Assembly (NCBI GenBank): GCA_964565655.1
Contig: CAZMFT010000001.1
Span: 3,390-53,252, forward strand
Source: an uncultured Candidatus Saccharibacteria bacterium
GTDB lineage: Bacteria; Patescibacteriota; Minisyncoccia; Phycocordibacterales; Phycocordibacteraceae
DNA length: 49,863 bases
Reading direction: 5' to 3'
Shown here piece by piece: positions 1 to 8,011 of this stretch. The stretch's first letter is position 1. The number at the start of each line of letters is the position of its first letter. The notes below the pieces were generated by a model, which was not told where the DNA came from, made no database searches, and saw only the letters and a program-made list of their open reading frames with translations. The translations under genes and the position numbers were made by a program.

Positions 1-2
1 AC

Positions 3-41
3 CTCGAGAACTTCAAGACGGGCGGCCTGGTGATGAACTAG
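3..41 (+). CDS. 3' end of an upstream gene (partial, product unknown)
   Basis: Frame 3 reads LENFKTGGLVMN-stop with the GC-ending codons typical of this window. A hairpin plus T-run follows at 65-91. Confidence 0.35.
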   Translation, partial: LENFKTGGLVMN

Positions 42-64
42 GGAGCACGCTGAAGCAAAACGCG

Positions 65-91
65 AAAAACCCGGTTTCGGCCGGGTTTTTT
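65..91 (+). terminator. Rho-independent terminator
   Basis: aaaaacccgg-tttcgg-ccgggtttttt: GC stem followed by a T-run, directly after the partial upstream CDS. Confidence 0.7.
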
Positions 92-169
92 GCGTTTTGC
101 ACCACAAAGGGCACTTCTTATTTCCTAAGTCGCTTCGCTCCTAACGAAATAAAGTCGTATACTTCAGGC

Positions 170-814
170 ATGTCACGGCTCAAGAAAACCCTTATCGGCC
201 TCGGCGTCCTGGTCATCCTGTCTGCGCTCGCGTGGGTGCTCTTCCTCGGGAAAGCGGTCTTTCCGCCGGCCTCGTACGACGGCCGCATGGTCTCTTTCAT
301 GTACCCGGGCGACCAGGTCGTGAAGGAGTACGGGCTCCGCTCGGTGCTTGTCGGGAATGAGAGCGAGGAGACCGGGTTCATGCCGTTCGTCGAGATTGTC
401 GAATATCGCCAGGACCCAAATTCGCCCGCGCCGCTCGACTACGACCTGTTCCTCGGCGCGCAACTCTTCGCGCTCTGCGGCACGGACGCGCAGGGTATTA
501 CGGTCGCGTGCGGCAACACGGATAAGGAGCCGTATACCACCAAGGATGGTACGGAAGGGGAGAAGTACTGGCTCGAGCTGACGCGCACCACTATCGAAAC
601 GGGAGAGAAGGAGGTGATGAAGTATGGCCCTATCTACGCGTTCAATCACACCCGGGCGGCGACGGATAATAATCCGCTCGAATACAAGGCCCTCATCGTC
701 TACCCGTCCCTGGGCTCGTTCCTCGCGGGCGAGGACGCAGCGGACGTCGTCGAGTACGTGATGAGGACCTTGGTCGTCAAAGAGGAGCCGAGCGACGTCG
801 TCGAGGAATTATAG
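170..814 (+). CDS. Hypothetical membrane-anchored/secreted protein (214 aa)
   Basis: ATG start and an N-terminal hydrophobic helix (LIGLGVLVILSALAWVLFL). Codons are GC3-rich. No family recognised. Confidence 0.6.
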   Translation: MSRLKKTLIGLGVLVILSALAWVLFLGKAVFPPASYDGRMVSFMYPGDQVVKEYGLRSVLVGNESEETGFMPFVEIVEYRQDPNSPAPLDYDLFLGAQLFALCGTDAQGITVACGNTDKEPYTTKDGTEGEKYWLELTRTTIETGEKEVMKYGPIYAFNHTRAATDNNPLEYKALIVYPSLGSFLAGEDAADVVEYVMRTLVVKEEPSDVVEEL

Positions 815-817
815 AGA

Positions 818-843
818 AAGGGCCGGCACAAGAGCCGGCCCTT
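818..843. terminator. Bidirectional terminator hairpin between convergent genes
   Basis: aagggccgg / ccggccctt, a 9-bp perfect stem with an 8-nt loop, lying between the stops at 814 and 850. Confidence 0.65.
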
Positions 844-849
844 CGGGCG

Positions 850-1149
850 CTAGAACTTGGTCTTGCCGGCCACGACGTCGTTCGCATACCGGTATTTGTG
901 GTACGAGATGAAGATTATCGGGATGGCGGCCAGGCACGAGAGCGAGACGATGATGACGATCGTGAGATAGTCGCCAGGGCGCGTGCTGACGCTCATCCAG
1001 ATCAGTATGGTCATGGCGACGATCAAGAGAACGAGGACGAACACCCCGGCATCCGCGCCGCGGCGTTCCGACGTAGCGATCTGCCTCCGGTGGACCATCT
1101 GGAAGATCGAGTCCGGCGCGCGAAGCGCCTCCTCGCTGGTTCTGTGCAT
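850..1149 (-). CDS. Small integral membrane protein (99 aa), unknown function
   Basis: Two strongly hydrophobic segments (GVFVLVLLIVAMTILIWM, IVIIVSLSCLAAIPIIFI). An AAGGGAG RBS lies 7 nt upstream of the ATG. Confidence 0.55.
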   Translation of the reverse strand: MHRTSEEALRAPDSIFQMVHRRQIATSERRGADAGVFVLVLLIVAMTILIWMSVSTRPGDYLTIVIIVSLSCLAAIPIIFISYHKYRYANDVVAGKTKF

Positions 1150-1175
1150 GACAAACTCCCTTCGTTTCTAGGGCG

Positions 1176-1203
1176 ACTCTAGCACGGCGCAGCATTGCCG
1201 CAA
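1176..1203 (-). promoter_or_regulatory. Candidate sigma70-type promoter for 850..1149
   Basis: Minus strand reads TTGCGG-16 nt-TAGAGT, about 25 nt upstream of the start codon. Confidence 0.35.
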
Positions 1204-1215
1204 TTCAGGGTGGAG

Positions 1216-1243
1216 AAATCTCTATCATATATGATAGAGATTT
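1216..1243. repeat. 28-nt perfect AT-rich palindrome (aaatctctatcata|tatgatagagattt)
   Basis: Read directly from the sequence. It sits just upstream of the candidate -35 of 850..1149 and shares a TATCATATATGATA core with 12213..12252. Confidence 0.9.
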
Positions 1244-1274
1244 TTAGAACGGGATTCAGGTACATGGATAGGAA

Positions 1275-1304
1275 AAACGGGCCGACCTGGTTGTCGGCCC
1301 GTTT
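1275..1304 (-). terminator. Rho-independent terminator of 1324..1707
   Basis: 12-bp perfect stem aaacgggccgac/gtcggcccgttt. On the minus strand it is followed by TTTTT. Confidence 0.75.
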
Positions 1305-1323
1305 GGGTGTGGGTCGTAAGTAG

Positions 1324-1707
1324 TCAAAGCGCGTGTGCCAGGTCGCCGCGCGCTTCGCGCACGGGCTCCGCGGCCTCCTGCGCCGGCTCGTAGGAAGGGA
1401 AGATGCCTTTGGTGGCGTTGGGAAGGTATTTCTCCGCCGCCCTACGCGAGAGCGAGAAATGGAAGCCTCTACGCTTCAGGTTCTCGACGTAGTAGAGCTT
1501 CGCGCCACGCTTCTCGCAGCTGCCGCCGAAGATATTGACGCCGGCGTCGCCCCGGGCGCGCGCTACGCGTATCTCTTTGCGCGGGATCTTGTCTATCGTG
1601 AGATGCGACAAGGTCCCGATCTGTTCGCCGTTTCCGGTAATCAGAATGTGTATCCGCGTTCCAGGCTCGATTCGACGGCCCGACTCGCGGCACATGAGCT
1701 GGCTCAT
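1324..1707 (-). CDS. Hypothetical protein (127 aa)
   Basis: ATG with an AAGGGGA RBS, GC3-rich codons, and a terminator downstream. No motif recognised. Confidence 0.55.
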   Translation of the reverse strand: MSQLMCRESGRRIEPGTRIHILITGNGEQIGTLSHLTIDKIPRKEIRVARARGDAGVNIFGGSCEKRGAKLYYVENLKRRGFHFSLSRRAAEKYLPNATKGIFPSYEPAQEAAEPVREARGDLAHAL

Positions 1708-1839
1708 GAACGTCCCCTTGTGAGTGATCGTCTGTCCTGACTATGGCACCAAGTCCCGCGGGCGCAAGCGGGGATACCGGAGGAGGGGATTTAGTGGCAT
1801 AACAATCATCAGAAACTGGATCAGCTAGGGGTGATTGGC

Positions 1840-2325
1840 ATGGGTGACGAAGACAAGGTCGTGCCGCTCTTCGGCCGCGGCAAGCCGGGGGAGAAGAGTG
1901 CGCCGAAACCGCGGCTCGCGGTCGACAACCCGCCCGCAACGCGGACGGAAGCATTCTTCGACGAGTCGCTCGAGGACGAGATGCTGACCGACGAGGAGAT
2001 GGATACGCCGGAATTCGAGCGAGACGCGTATTTCTGTCTCATCGCGGGTTCCGACAAGATGATCGAGTTCAATCAGAAGGGCGCCGAGCTCGTCGAGTTC
2101 GTCGAAAGCGTTTTCCGGTATCGCGGCTTCAAGCAGGAGTCCCTCGTGCTCCGGGAGGCCACGTTCGCGGACTATTCGCTCGAGAAGCTTTGCGACATCC
2201 TGCTCTCCTCCGATGAGATTAAGTGGCGGAGCAACCCTCCCTGGTACGGCGCCGTCCTCCAAGAGGGCCGTATAAGGCAGAAGAAGATCACGGCGAGCCT
2301 GCGCAAGAGGGGGATGGGCGAGTGA
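1840..2325 (+). CDS. Hypothetical acidic protein (161 aa)
   Basis: ATG at 1840 is preceded by GGGGTG. The ORF track begins at GTG 1831, which is an alternative start. A terminator follows. No family recognised. Confidence 0.55.
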   Translation: MGDEDKVVPLFGRGKPGEKSAPKPRLAVDNPPATRTEAFFDESLEDEMLTDEEMDTPEFERDAYFCLIAGSDKMIEFNQKGAELVEFVESVFRYRGFKQESLVLREATFADYSLEKLCDILLSSDEIKWRSNPPWYGAVLQEGRIRQKKITASLRKRGMGE

Positions 2326-2333
2326 AGGAAGGA

Positions 2334-2361
2334 CCCCGCGGCTTGGCTGCGGGGTTTTTGT
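2334..2361 (+). terminator. Rho-independent terminator
   Basis: accccgc-loop-gcggggt followed by ttttt. Confidence 0.75.
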
Positions 2362-2446
2362 TGGCAGGCAGGGGTGCTACGGCCACCCCCTCGACACGGT
2401 CGTGCTAAGAGATAGAGTGATATAGTCCACTGAAAATTGGGTCTAT

Positions 2447-3385
2447 ATGTACAAATACGTCCACCCAAAACCGATCGAAATAAGTCTTTCTGGAAAGGAT
2501 GGATTCAAATTGCGCGAAACTGCCGCAACATATATAGCAAAGAACCCAAATATAACTGGCGCGCAACGAGGTAGCATTGCGGAGCAAAGTTATGGCGCGC
2601 TAGCGGAAATTGTTATTCGCCATCACCTTGGAATGCCGGAAATCAATCCGGAAGATCATCCGCTTGGGTACGATATTGGCCTTCCTTCTGGTGTAAAAGT
2701 TGATGTTAAATGTCGCGGCGGCGAGAAGCCATTTCTGGAAAATTACATGGGAGGGGACTCTCTGCCTAGAGAGTCGAAACACAATTTTTTTACCCGTCAG
2801 CTTCATGCAGAGAATCTAGACGCAGATGTTTACGTGCTAACGCACCTGCGGCGTCCAAAGGTAGTAGCGAATCAACCGTTGCTCCCAGGATCTGCACGTC
2901 AGCGTATCTGGACCCTTTACGTTTGTGGATGGGTGTCAAAATCCAGGGTTCTTCGAGAGGGAGTGTATTTGCCTCCTGGCGCTATATCCGAGCGTGGAAG
3001 AGAGTGGTTCGCTTATAGAGCGAACGAGACAGAATTCTATAACAAGAACTTAAACGGCCTCTCACAAATAGGAGATCTACTTAAAATTGACGCTGCAGAT
3101 GTAATTGAGGATCAAGAAAAGATGGGGGACTTGAACCTTACGCGCGTTGATACTTTGCGCATCGGCTACGATCTTCTCGGACGGGGAATTTTACTTAAGA
3201 AACACCTCGACTATATTCGCGAAACGACGAATCTTGGAGCCGAGGCTGGATCATTCTTGCATGCAAACCAATCTCACCATGTTCTCAAATGGCTCTTAGA
3301 AAACAAGGTTGTTTCTAAAAGTGAGTACACTGAGATGGCGCAAAAATTACCTCCCGAAATCAATTTCACAGGTTTAGGAGAATAG
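2447..3385 (+). CDS. Putative type II restriction endonuclease, PD-(D/E)xK-like (312 aa)
   Basis: YDIGLPSGVKVDVKCRGG gives a D...D-x-K catalytic-like motif. The gene is convergent with, and overlaps, the adjacent methyltransferase and shares its AT-rich composition. Confidence 0.55.
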   Translation: MYKYVHPKPIEISLSGKDGFKLRETAATYIAKNPNITGAQRGSIAEQSYGALAEIVIRHHLGMPEINPEDHPLGYDIGLPSGVKVDVKCRGGEKPFLENYMGGDSLPRESKHNFFTRQLHAENLDADVYVLTHLRRPKVVANQPLLPGSARQRIWTLYVCGWVSKSRVLREGVYLPPGAISERGREWFAYRANETEFYNKNLNGLSQIGDLLKIDAADVIEDQEKMGDLNLTRVDTLRIGYDLLGRGILLKKHLDYIRETTNLGAEAGSFLHANQSHHVLKWLLENKVVSKSEYTEMAQKLPPEINFTGLGE

Positions 3386-4429
3386 GCTTTTAGCCGCGTT
3401 ACGAATTCTATCCCTTGAAACTTTTATCAAATCCACCTCATCTTTCTTAAATTGAATTGTCTCTTCGTTCTTTTCTATCCCAATAAATTGTCTGTTCTCT
3501 AAAACTGCGGCAACTAAGAAGCTGCCACTTCCAGACGCATTATCAAGCACGATATCTCCAGGTTGCGTAAACGTGCGGATCAAATACCTACCTAACTCGA
3601 CGGGTTTCTGTGTCGGATGATAGACGCGACCTTCAGACTCTGCAGTCTTGAAGTAGATAACGTCAGACGGATATCTTTGCCCATCACTTTTCACCTCTAC
3701 GGCCCTAAACTCACCGTAGCTGCCTGTAAGTTGGTCCTTTCGAAAGCCTTTATTATAAGGCACGCCTTCAGACATCTGAGGGAAATATCGCGGTTGTGAT
3801 TTGTAAAAAACACAAATATCTTCGTGTTTGCGCAAAGGTTGCTTCTTCGCATTCAAAAAATTCGTCGGTTTAGACTTTACCCAGGTAATTTTGTATTTGA
3901 AGTATCTTTGATTGGAAAGCATCAATTGGGCCGTAAATAGACCTTGGCCAGTAAGAACGATAACTCCATCATCCTTAATAATATTCATATAATTATCCCA
4001 AAGCTCTTCCAGAGGGATTACGCTATCCCAGGAATTTTGCGTCGTGCCGTAAGGCAAGTCGCATAAAATCATATCGATCGACTTTGCTGGAAAATTAGGC
4101 ATGACGCTAAGGCAGTCGCCCTCAATTACGCGGTTTACGTATTTCGAGATATCTTGTGTCTTTTTTGAACGAGCCACTTTTAATCTTGTTTCAAGATTTT
4201 TTCGCAGTAGCCAGCGGCAATAAGTGTTCAGGGCAAGTCCTTCTTGTTCAGATTTATTTTTTAACTCTGACAATGAATGGACTCCAATAAAATCTCTAAA
4301 TTCAGAACTGGAAAAAGTTTTGATCTGGTCGAAAATATCGCTATCCTTAGGACCAAAAGCAAGGGTTAAATTATGCTGCCTCGCACCATCTGGTATGTAA
4401 ATTGATTTGAATTTCTGAGCTACAGGCAT
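3374..4429 (-). CDS. DNA methyltransferase, beta-class amino-MTase (N6-adenine or N4-cytosine)
   Basis: Motif IV-like ILCDLPYG lies N-terminal to the AdoMet motif I-like IVLDNASGSGS. This is the beta-class order. The first ~100 aa or so are an extra N-terminal region. Confidence 0.85.
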   Translation of the reverse strand: MPVAQKFKSIYIPDGARQHNLTLAFGPKDSDIFDQIKTFSSSEFRDFIGVHSLSELKNKSEQEGLALNTYCRWLLRKNLETRLKVARSKKTQDISKYVNRVIEGDCLSVMPNFPAKSIDMILCDLPYGTTQNSWDSVIPLEELWDNYMNIIKDDGVIVLTGQGLFTAQLMLSNQRYFKYKITWVKSKPTNFLNAKKQPLRKHEDICVFYKSQPRYFPQMSEGVPYNKGFRKDQLTGSYGEFRAVEVKSDGQRYPSDVIYFKTAESEGRVYHPTQKPVELGRYLIRTFTQPGDIVLDNASGSGSFLVAAVLENRQFIGIEKNEETIQFKKDEVDLIKVSRDRIRNAAKSLFS

Positions 4430-4619
4430 GGAATATATTATAATATGTTATGTCTGAAGTAATTTCACATATCCACAAGCGAAAAACTTTCATAAGTTAA
4501 GCAAGATCATTTTTTATTAGGTAAGTACGGGGTATTTTGAGCTATTTACATGAAAAATGGGTGTGAGACAATTATGAACAAGGCAACTGGCGTAAGAAAT
4601 CGCCCCTCACATCGTCTTC

Positions 4620-5999
4620 ATGTACGTGTCTGTTATTTTCCGCGTTTTTGCTGCTTTTGTAGCGATATTCGCTATATTCTCGGCACCGTTTACCGCGTAC
4701 GCCTCTCTTAATGGCGACGCCGGCGTATATGCCGACGCAAGCGACCGCCGCGGCCTCTCTGCCGCCGCTTCTTCTAATATCGACGGACTCGGGGACGAGG
4801 TCGCGTCTTCTGTGCCTATTCCTGTCTTGTTCGGCGTCGCGAAGTCGAATATCAAATCTGATTTCGGGGACCCGCGCGGTGGGGGAACGCGCGCGCATGA
4901 GGGGCAGGACATCATCGCACCGTCGGGTACGCCTATCGTCTCTCCGACTGATGCTGTCGTGCTGCGGACCGGCACGGGCGCTTCCTCCGGTAAGTACGTC
5001 TACACCGCAAACCCGGGCGGAGAGACCTTCGTGTATATGCACCTCTCGCGTATCGCGACTATCGCCGCCGGGCAGAAGCTTGCGGCGGGCGACGTCATCG
5101 GGTATGTGGGGAACACTGGGAACGCAGCCGGTACTGGTGCGCACCTCCATTTCGAGATTCGGAAGAATCGCGTACCCCTGGACCCGTACGCGCGACTTAG
5201 CGATGGATTCAGCCTGAAAGAGAAGATCAGCTTCCTCGACGGCATATTCGAGGATTCCGACAACGACGACCAGCTCGCAGAGCTCCTTGTCGCTGCGAGC
5301 CTTGGCGAATTCGCGCTTGCCAAGAAGGAGGGGATGGATCTTCCGAGTTCTATAGAGGTTGCGCTCGGCGGTACTCCAACCAAGAAGGTCGCCAAGGAAG
5401 ACGAGCCGCTTACTGACGCCGCGACGGTGACGCTAGCTACCGGCTCTGTAGATCTTGAGCTCGAGGACGAGGGACCGGATGTCGTTGCGATGCAGAAGCT
5501 GCTTATTTCTGTCGCCTCCGGTCCCGCTGCTGTAGCGCTCGCAAAGACTGGTGCGACCGGGTACTTCGGTCCCGCAACCGAGAAGGCGCTCATCGAATAC
5601 CAGAAGGCAGCCGGCATAAGCCCCGCAGCCGGATACTACGGAGCAAGGACCCGCGCGAAGCTCGCGTCCGCGGCGCCAGTAAAATCTGCGACTGTCGCTG
5701 CCGCTCCTGCTACGCCGACCGCGCCAGCGCCTGTCGCGAGCGCGAAGGCGACGAGCGCGTCCGTACCAAACGTGGATCTCGAGCTCGGGGACTCCGGGAA
5801 GGCCGTCACCGACCTCCAAAACCTCCTTATCGCAAAAGCGACGGGCCCTAAAGCTGCTGCGCTTAAGGACGCGGGCGTGACCGGCTACTTCGGTCCTGCA
5901 ACCAAAGCTGCGCTCGTCGAATTCCAGAGCGCGAAGGGCATCGCGCCCGCCGCCGGATACTTTGGCGCGAAGACGCGCCAGCAGATAGCGTCTCTCTAA
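4620..5999 (+). CDS. M23/LytM-family peptidoglycan endopeptidase with two PG_binding_1 domains
   Basis: The signal peptide ends AYA. HEGQDI and GAHLHFE zinc motifs are present. Two C-terminal repeats carry the GYFGPAT..A...FQ signature. Confidence 0.9.
   Translation: MYVSVIFRVFAAFVAIFAIFSAPFTAYASLNGDAGVYADASDRRGLSAAASSNIDGLGDEVASSVPIPVLFGVAKSNIKSDFGDPRGGGTRAHEGQDIIAPSGTPIVSPTDAVVLRTGTGASSGKYVYTANPGGETFVYMHLSRIATIAAGQKLAAGDVIGYVGNTGNAAGTGAHLHFEIRKNRVPLDPYARLSDGFSLKEKISFLDGIFEDSDNDDQLAELLVAASLGEFALAKKEGMDLPSSIEVALGGTPTKKVAKEDEPLTDAATVTLATGSVDLELEDEGPDVVAMQKLLISVASGPAAVALAKTGATGYFGPATEKALIEYQKAAGISPAAGYYGARTRAKLASAAPVKSATVAAAPATPTAPAPVASAKATSASVPNVDLELGDSGKAVTDLQNLLIAKATGPKAAALKDAGVTGYFGPATKAALVEFQSAKGIAPAAGYFGAKTRQQIASL
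5448..5996 (+). repeat. Intragenic duplication encoding two PG-binding domains (5448-5667 and 5772-5996)
   Basis: The two segments align at protein level (VDLELxDxG...TGYFGPATxxALxEFQxAxGIxPAAGYxGAxTR). An Ala/Pro-rich linker separates them. Confidence 0.8.
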
Positions 6000-6014
6000 A
6001 GTTTTCATACATGA

Positions 6015-6044
6015 AAGGGACCCTCCAGCGGAGGGTCCCTTGGT
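6015..6044. terminator. Bidirectional terminator hairpin
   Basis: agggaccctc / gagggtccct, a 10-bp stem between convergent stops at 5999 and 6045. Confidence 0.7.
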
Positions 6045-6353
6045 TTACGTAGCGGCCATGTATTCCGCGAGCGCACTCGCCATGAGCTTCTGCGTCACGC
6101 TCTTCGGCATGATGCCCTCGATGAGCCATCGCTCGATGGTCGAGGGCGAGGCCCCGATGATGCTCTGCATCGTGTCGTGATCAACGCCGGCTCCGAGTGA
6201 CATCCGTATGATCTGCGGCCAAATCTTCTTCCGTGTCTCGAGATCGAGCTCCTGAAAATCGAATCCCGACTCAAGAGCGCCGGCGAGTTCGTGCGCCCAT
6301 TTGCGCTGCAGCTCGGCGAGCACCTTCTGTATATCGATTTTCTCTCCAGCCAT
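6045..6353 (-). CDS. Small helix-turn-helix DNA-binding protein (102 aa)
   Basis: The internal ATG at 6353 has an AAGGAG RBS. The track ORF up to 6530 is an upstream extension. An HTH-like segment TMQSIIGASPSTIERWLIEG is present. Confidence 0.55.
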   Translation of the reverse strand: MAGEKIDIQKVLAELQRKWAHELAGALESGFDFQELDLETRKKIWPQIIRMSLGAGVDHDTMQSIIGASPSTIERWLIEGIMPKSVTQKLMASALAEYMAAT

Positions 6354-6456
6354 CGTCCGCTCCTTCAGATTGTCTTGCGGCACGCTACCACGGCGCGCCT
6401 TGCCGCGAAAGCGCAGCGAGGGTAGTGTCGGGGCAGATCCTCTTGAGGAGATTCGC

Positions 6457-6732
6457 ATGCTAGACATGATGCTCGTCGCCTCAGCGAATGAGGCAATAAG
6501 TGCAGGAGTACCGTTTCCTCTCATTGCCATTCCGTTCGGGGCGGGGGACGGCGAACGCTGCTACTGCTTCCGGGATGCGGGTGAGATGACGGATGCGGCA
6601 GTCGAGGACCTTCTTGCTCGTTCGGCGGTATACAAGAAGCGTGGGATACGGGCCTTCCATATCCGGCATATAGCGTCATCCAAGGAGAACCCGCTTCCGT
6701 TCGGACTCACCTTCGAATACTTCGCTACCTGA
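6457..6732 (+). CDS. Hypothetical protein (91 aa), divergent from the HTH gene
   Basis: ATG at 6457 has a GAGGAG RBS 6 nt upstream and a candidate TTGCCG-17-TAGTGT promoter. A terminator follows. Confidence 0.45.
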   Translation: MLDMMLVASANEAISAGVPFPLIAIPFGAGDGERCYCFRDAGEMTDAAVEDLLARSAVYKKRGIRAFHIRHIASSKENPLPFGLTFEYFAT

Positions 6733-6735
6733 CTC

Positions 6736-6765
6736 AAGCGGCAGCCCAAGGGCTGCCGCTTTCTA
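6736..6765 (+). terminator. Rho-independent terminator
   Basis: aagcggcagcc / ggctgccgctt, an 11-bp stem followed by tctatt. Confidence 0.7.
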
Positions 6766-6858
6766 TTGTGAAATACTGCTCGTTCGAGCGGTGTATCAAG
6801 GGATGTGACGCCCATAGTGGCCGGGCTACACTATTACTGTAATCATTCATCACGGCAT

Positions 6859-7269
6859 ATGAGCATAGATAAAAATGTCGCTATCGCAGCCCTTGTCGGG
6901 CTTATCGTCGGGGGAGGCGGAGTCGCGCTCGCTGCGCCCGAGCGCGCTGATATCGGAGAGGGTATGCATCGGATGCGGGGTGGCGAGATGATGGATGACG
7001 ATGATATGCGCGGTATGCACGGCGCGATGGGCGACATGATGCAGGGTCTCTCGGGGAAGACCGGGGACGCTTTCGATCAGGCGTTCCTTTCGGAGATGAT
7101 CGTCCATCACCAGGGTGCGGTCGATATGGCGAACGCGGCCCTCAAGAGCGCGAAGCACGAGGAGATAAAGACCATGGCGAATGCGATCATCACGGCACAG
7201 ACCGCCGAGATCAAACAGATGCAGGATTGGCAGAAGGCGTGGTACGCGGGTACGCCGACGCCGCAATAG
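6859..7269 (+). CDS. DUF305-family (four-helix, metal-associated) protein with a Met/His-rich N-terminal stretch
   Basis: FDQAFLSEMIVHHQGAVDMA is the DUF305 signature. A TM/signal helix is followed by GMHRMRGGEMMDDDDMRGMHGAMGDMMQG. Confidence 0.7.
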   Translation: MSIDKNVAIAALVGLIVGGGGVALAAPERADIGEGMHRMRGGEMMDDDDMRGMHGAMGDMMQGLSGKTGDAFDQAFLSEMIVHHQGAVDMANAALKSAKHEEIKTMANAIITAQTAEIKQMQDWQKAWYAGTPTPQ

Positions 7270-7447
7270 CAGCGCTGTAACATTCCGACAGGTCCCGGTG
7301 TAGTAGTAATCGGAGCGAGGGCACGACCCGCTCAACCCGCCTTATCAGCGCACCCTAACCATCCACTCCCATGCCAGAAGCGAGCGCCGCCGCACGAGTG
7401 CGGTCGGCTCTCGCGCTCGATCGGGCGATGGAGGATAGAATCATCCC

Positions 7448-8011
7448 ATGATGCCTAGCGAGCGTACTGATGAGGATATCGCCCGACTCGTCCAGTCGGG
7501 CGATAGGGATGCGTATGGCGAGCTGATGCGTCGGTATGAAGGGAAGCTTGCGCGCTACGGGCGACAGTTCCTGCAGAGCCATGACCAGATAGAGGATGGC
7601 GTCCAGGAAGCGTTCATCCGCGCGTATCAGAACATGCACGGGTTCGATGCGACGCTCCGCTTCTCTCCATGGCTCTACCGCATCGCGCACAACGTATTCG
7701 CCAACATGCTGCGCATGCGTTCCCGGTCGCGCGTATTCGCCATGGATCTCGACGCATTGGTACCGCACGCAGCCTACGAGGATCCGGCAGAACGCGAGCG
7801 TGACGTGGCTGATATGCGGCGCGCGATCGAAGCGGGGATGGAGCATCTCCGGCCCGACTATCGCGAGATACTCGTCCTGTACTATACGGAAGACCTCTCG
7901 TACCAGGAGATCGCGGACGTGCTCCGTATCCCGGTAGGCACGGTCGGCGTCCGGCTCTCTCGCGCCCGGGCGGCGCTCAAGAAGCATCTCGAGCCCTCAC
8001 ATCTCGTATGA
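7448..8011 (+). CDS. ECF-type RNA polymerase sigma factor (sigma-70 family, group 4)
   Basis: Region 2 (FSPWLYRIAHNVFANMLR) and region 4 HTH (LSYQEIADVLRIPVGTVGVRLSRAR) are both present. Confidence 0.85.
   Translation: MMPSERTDEDIARLVQSGDRDAYGELMRRYEGKLARYGRQFLQSHDQIEDGVQEAFIRAYQNMHGFDATLRFSPWLYRIAHNVFANMLRMRSRSRVFAMDLDALVPHAAYEDPAERERDVADMRRAIEAGMEHLRPDYREILVLYYTEDLSYQEIADVLRIPVGTVGVRLSRARAALKKHLEPSHLV

Larger units (their letters stand above)
2400..4615. other. AT-rich compositional island (probable horizontal acquisition) holding the R-M pair
   Basis: Composition shifts abruptly by eye from GC-rich flanks to AT-rich sequence, with A/T-ending codons. No integrase, transposase or flanking tRNA is visible. 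Confidence 0.7.

Noticed and set aside
2400-4615. Calling the R-M island a mobile element
   Set aside because: No integrase, transposase, recombinase, tRNA target or flanking direct/inverted repeats could be seen. Only the compositional contrast supports horizontal origin, so it is reported as an island and not as a mobile element.
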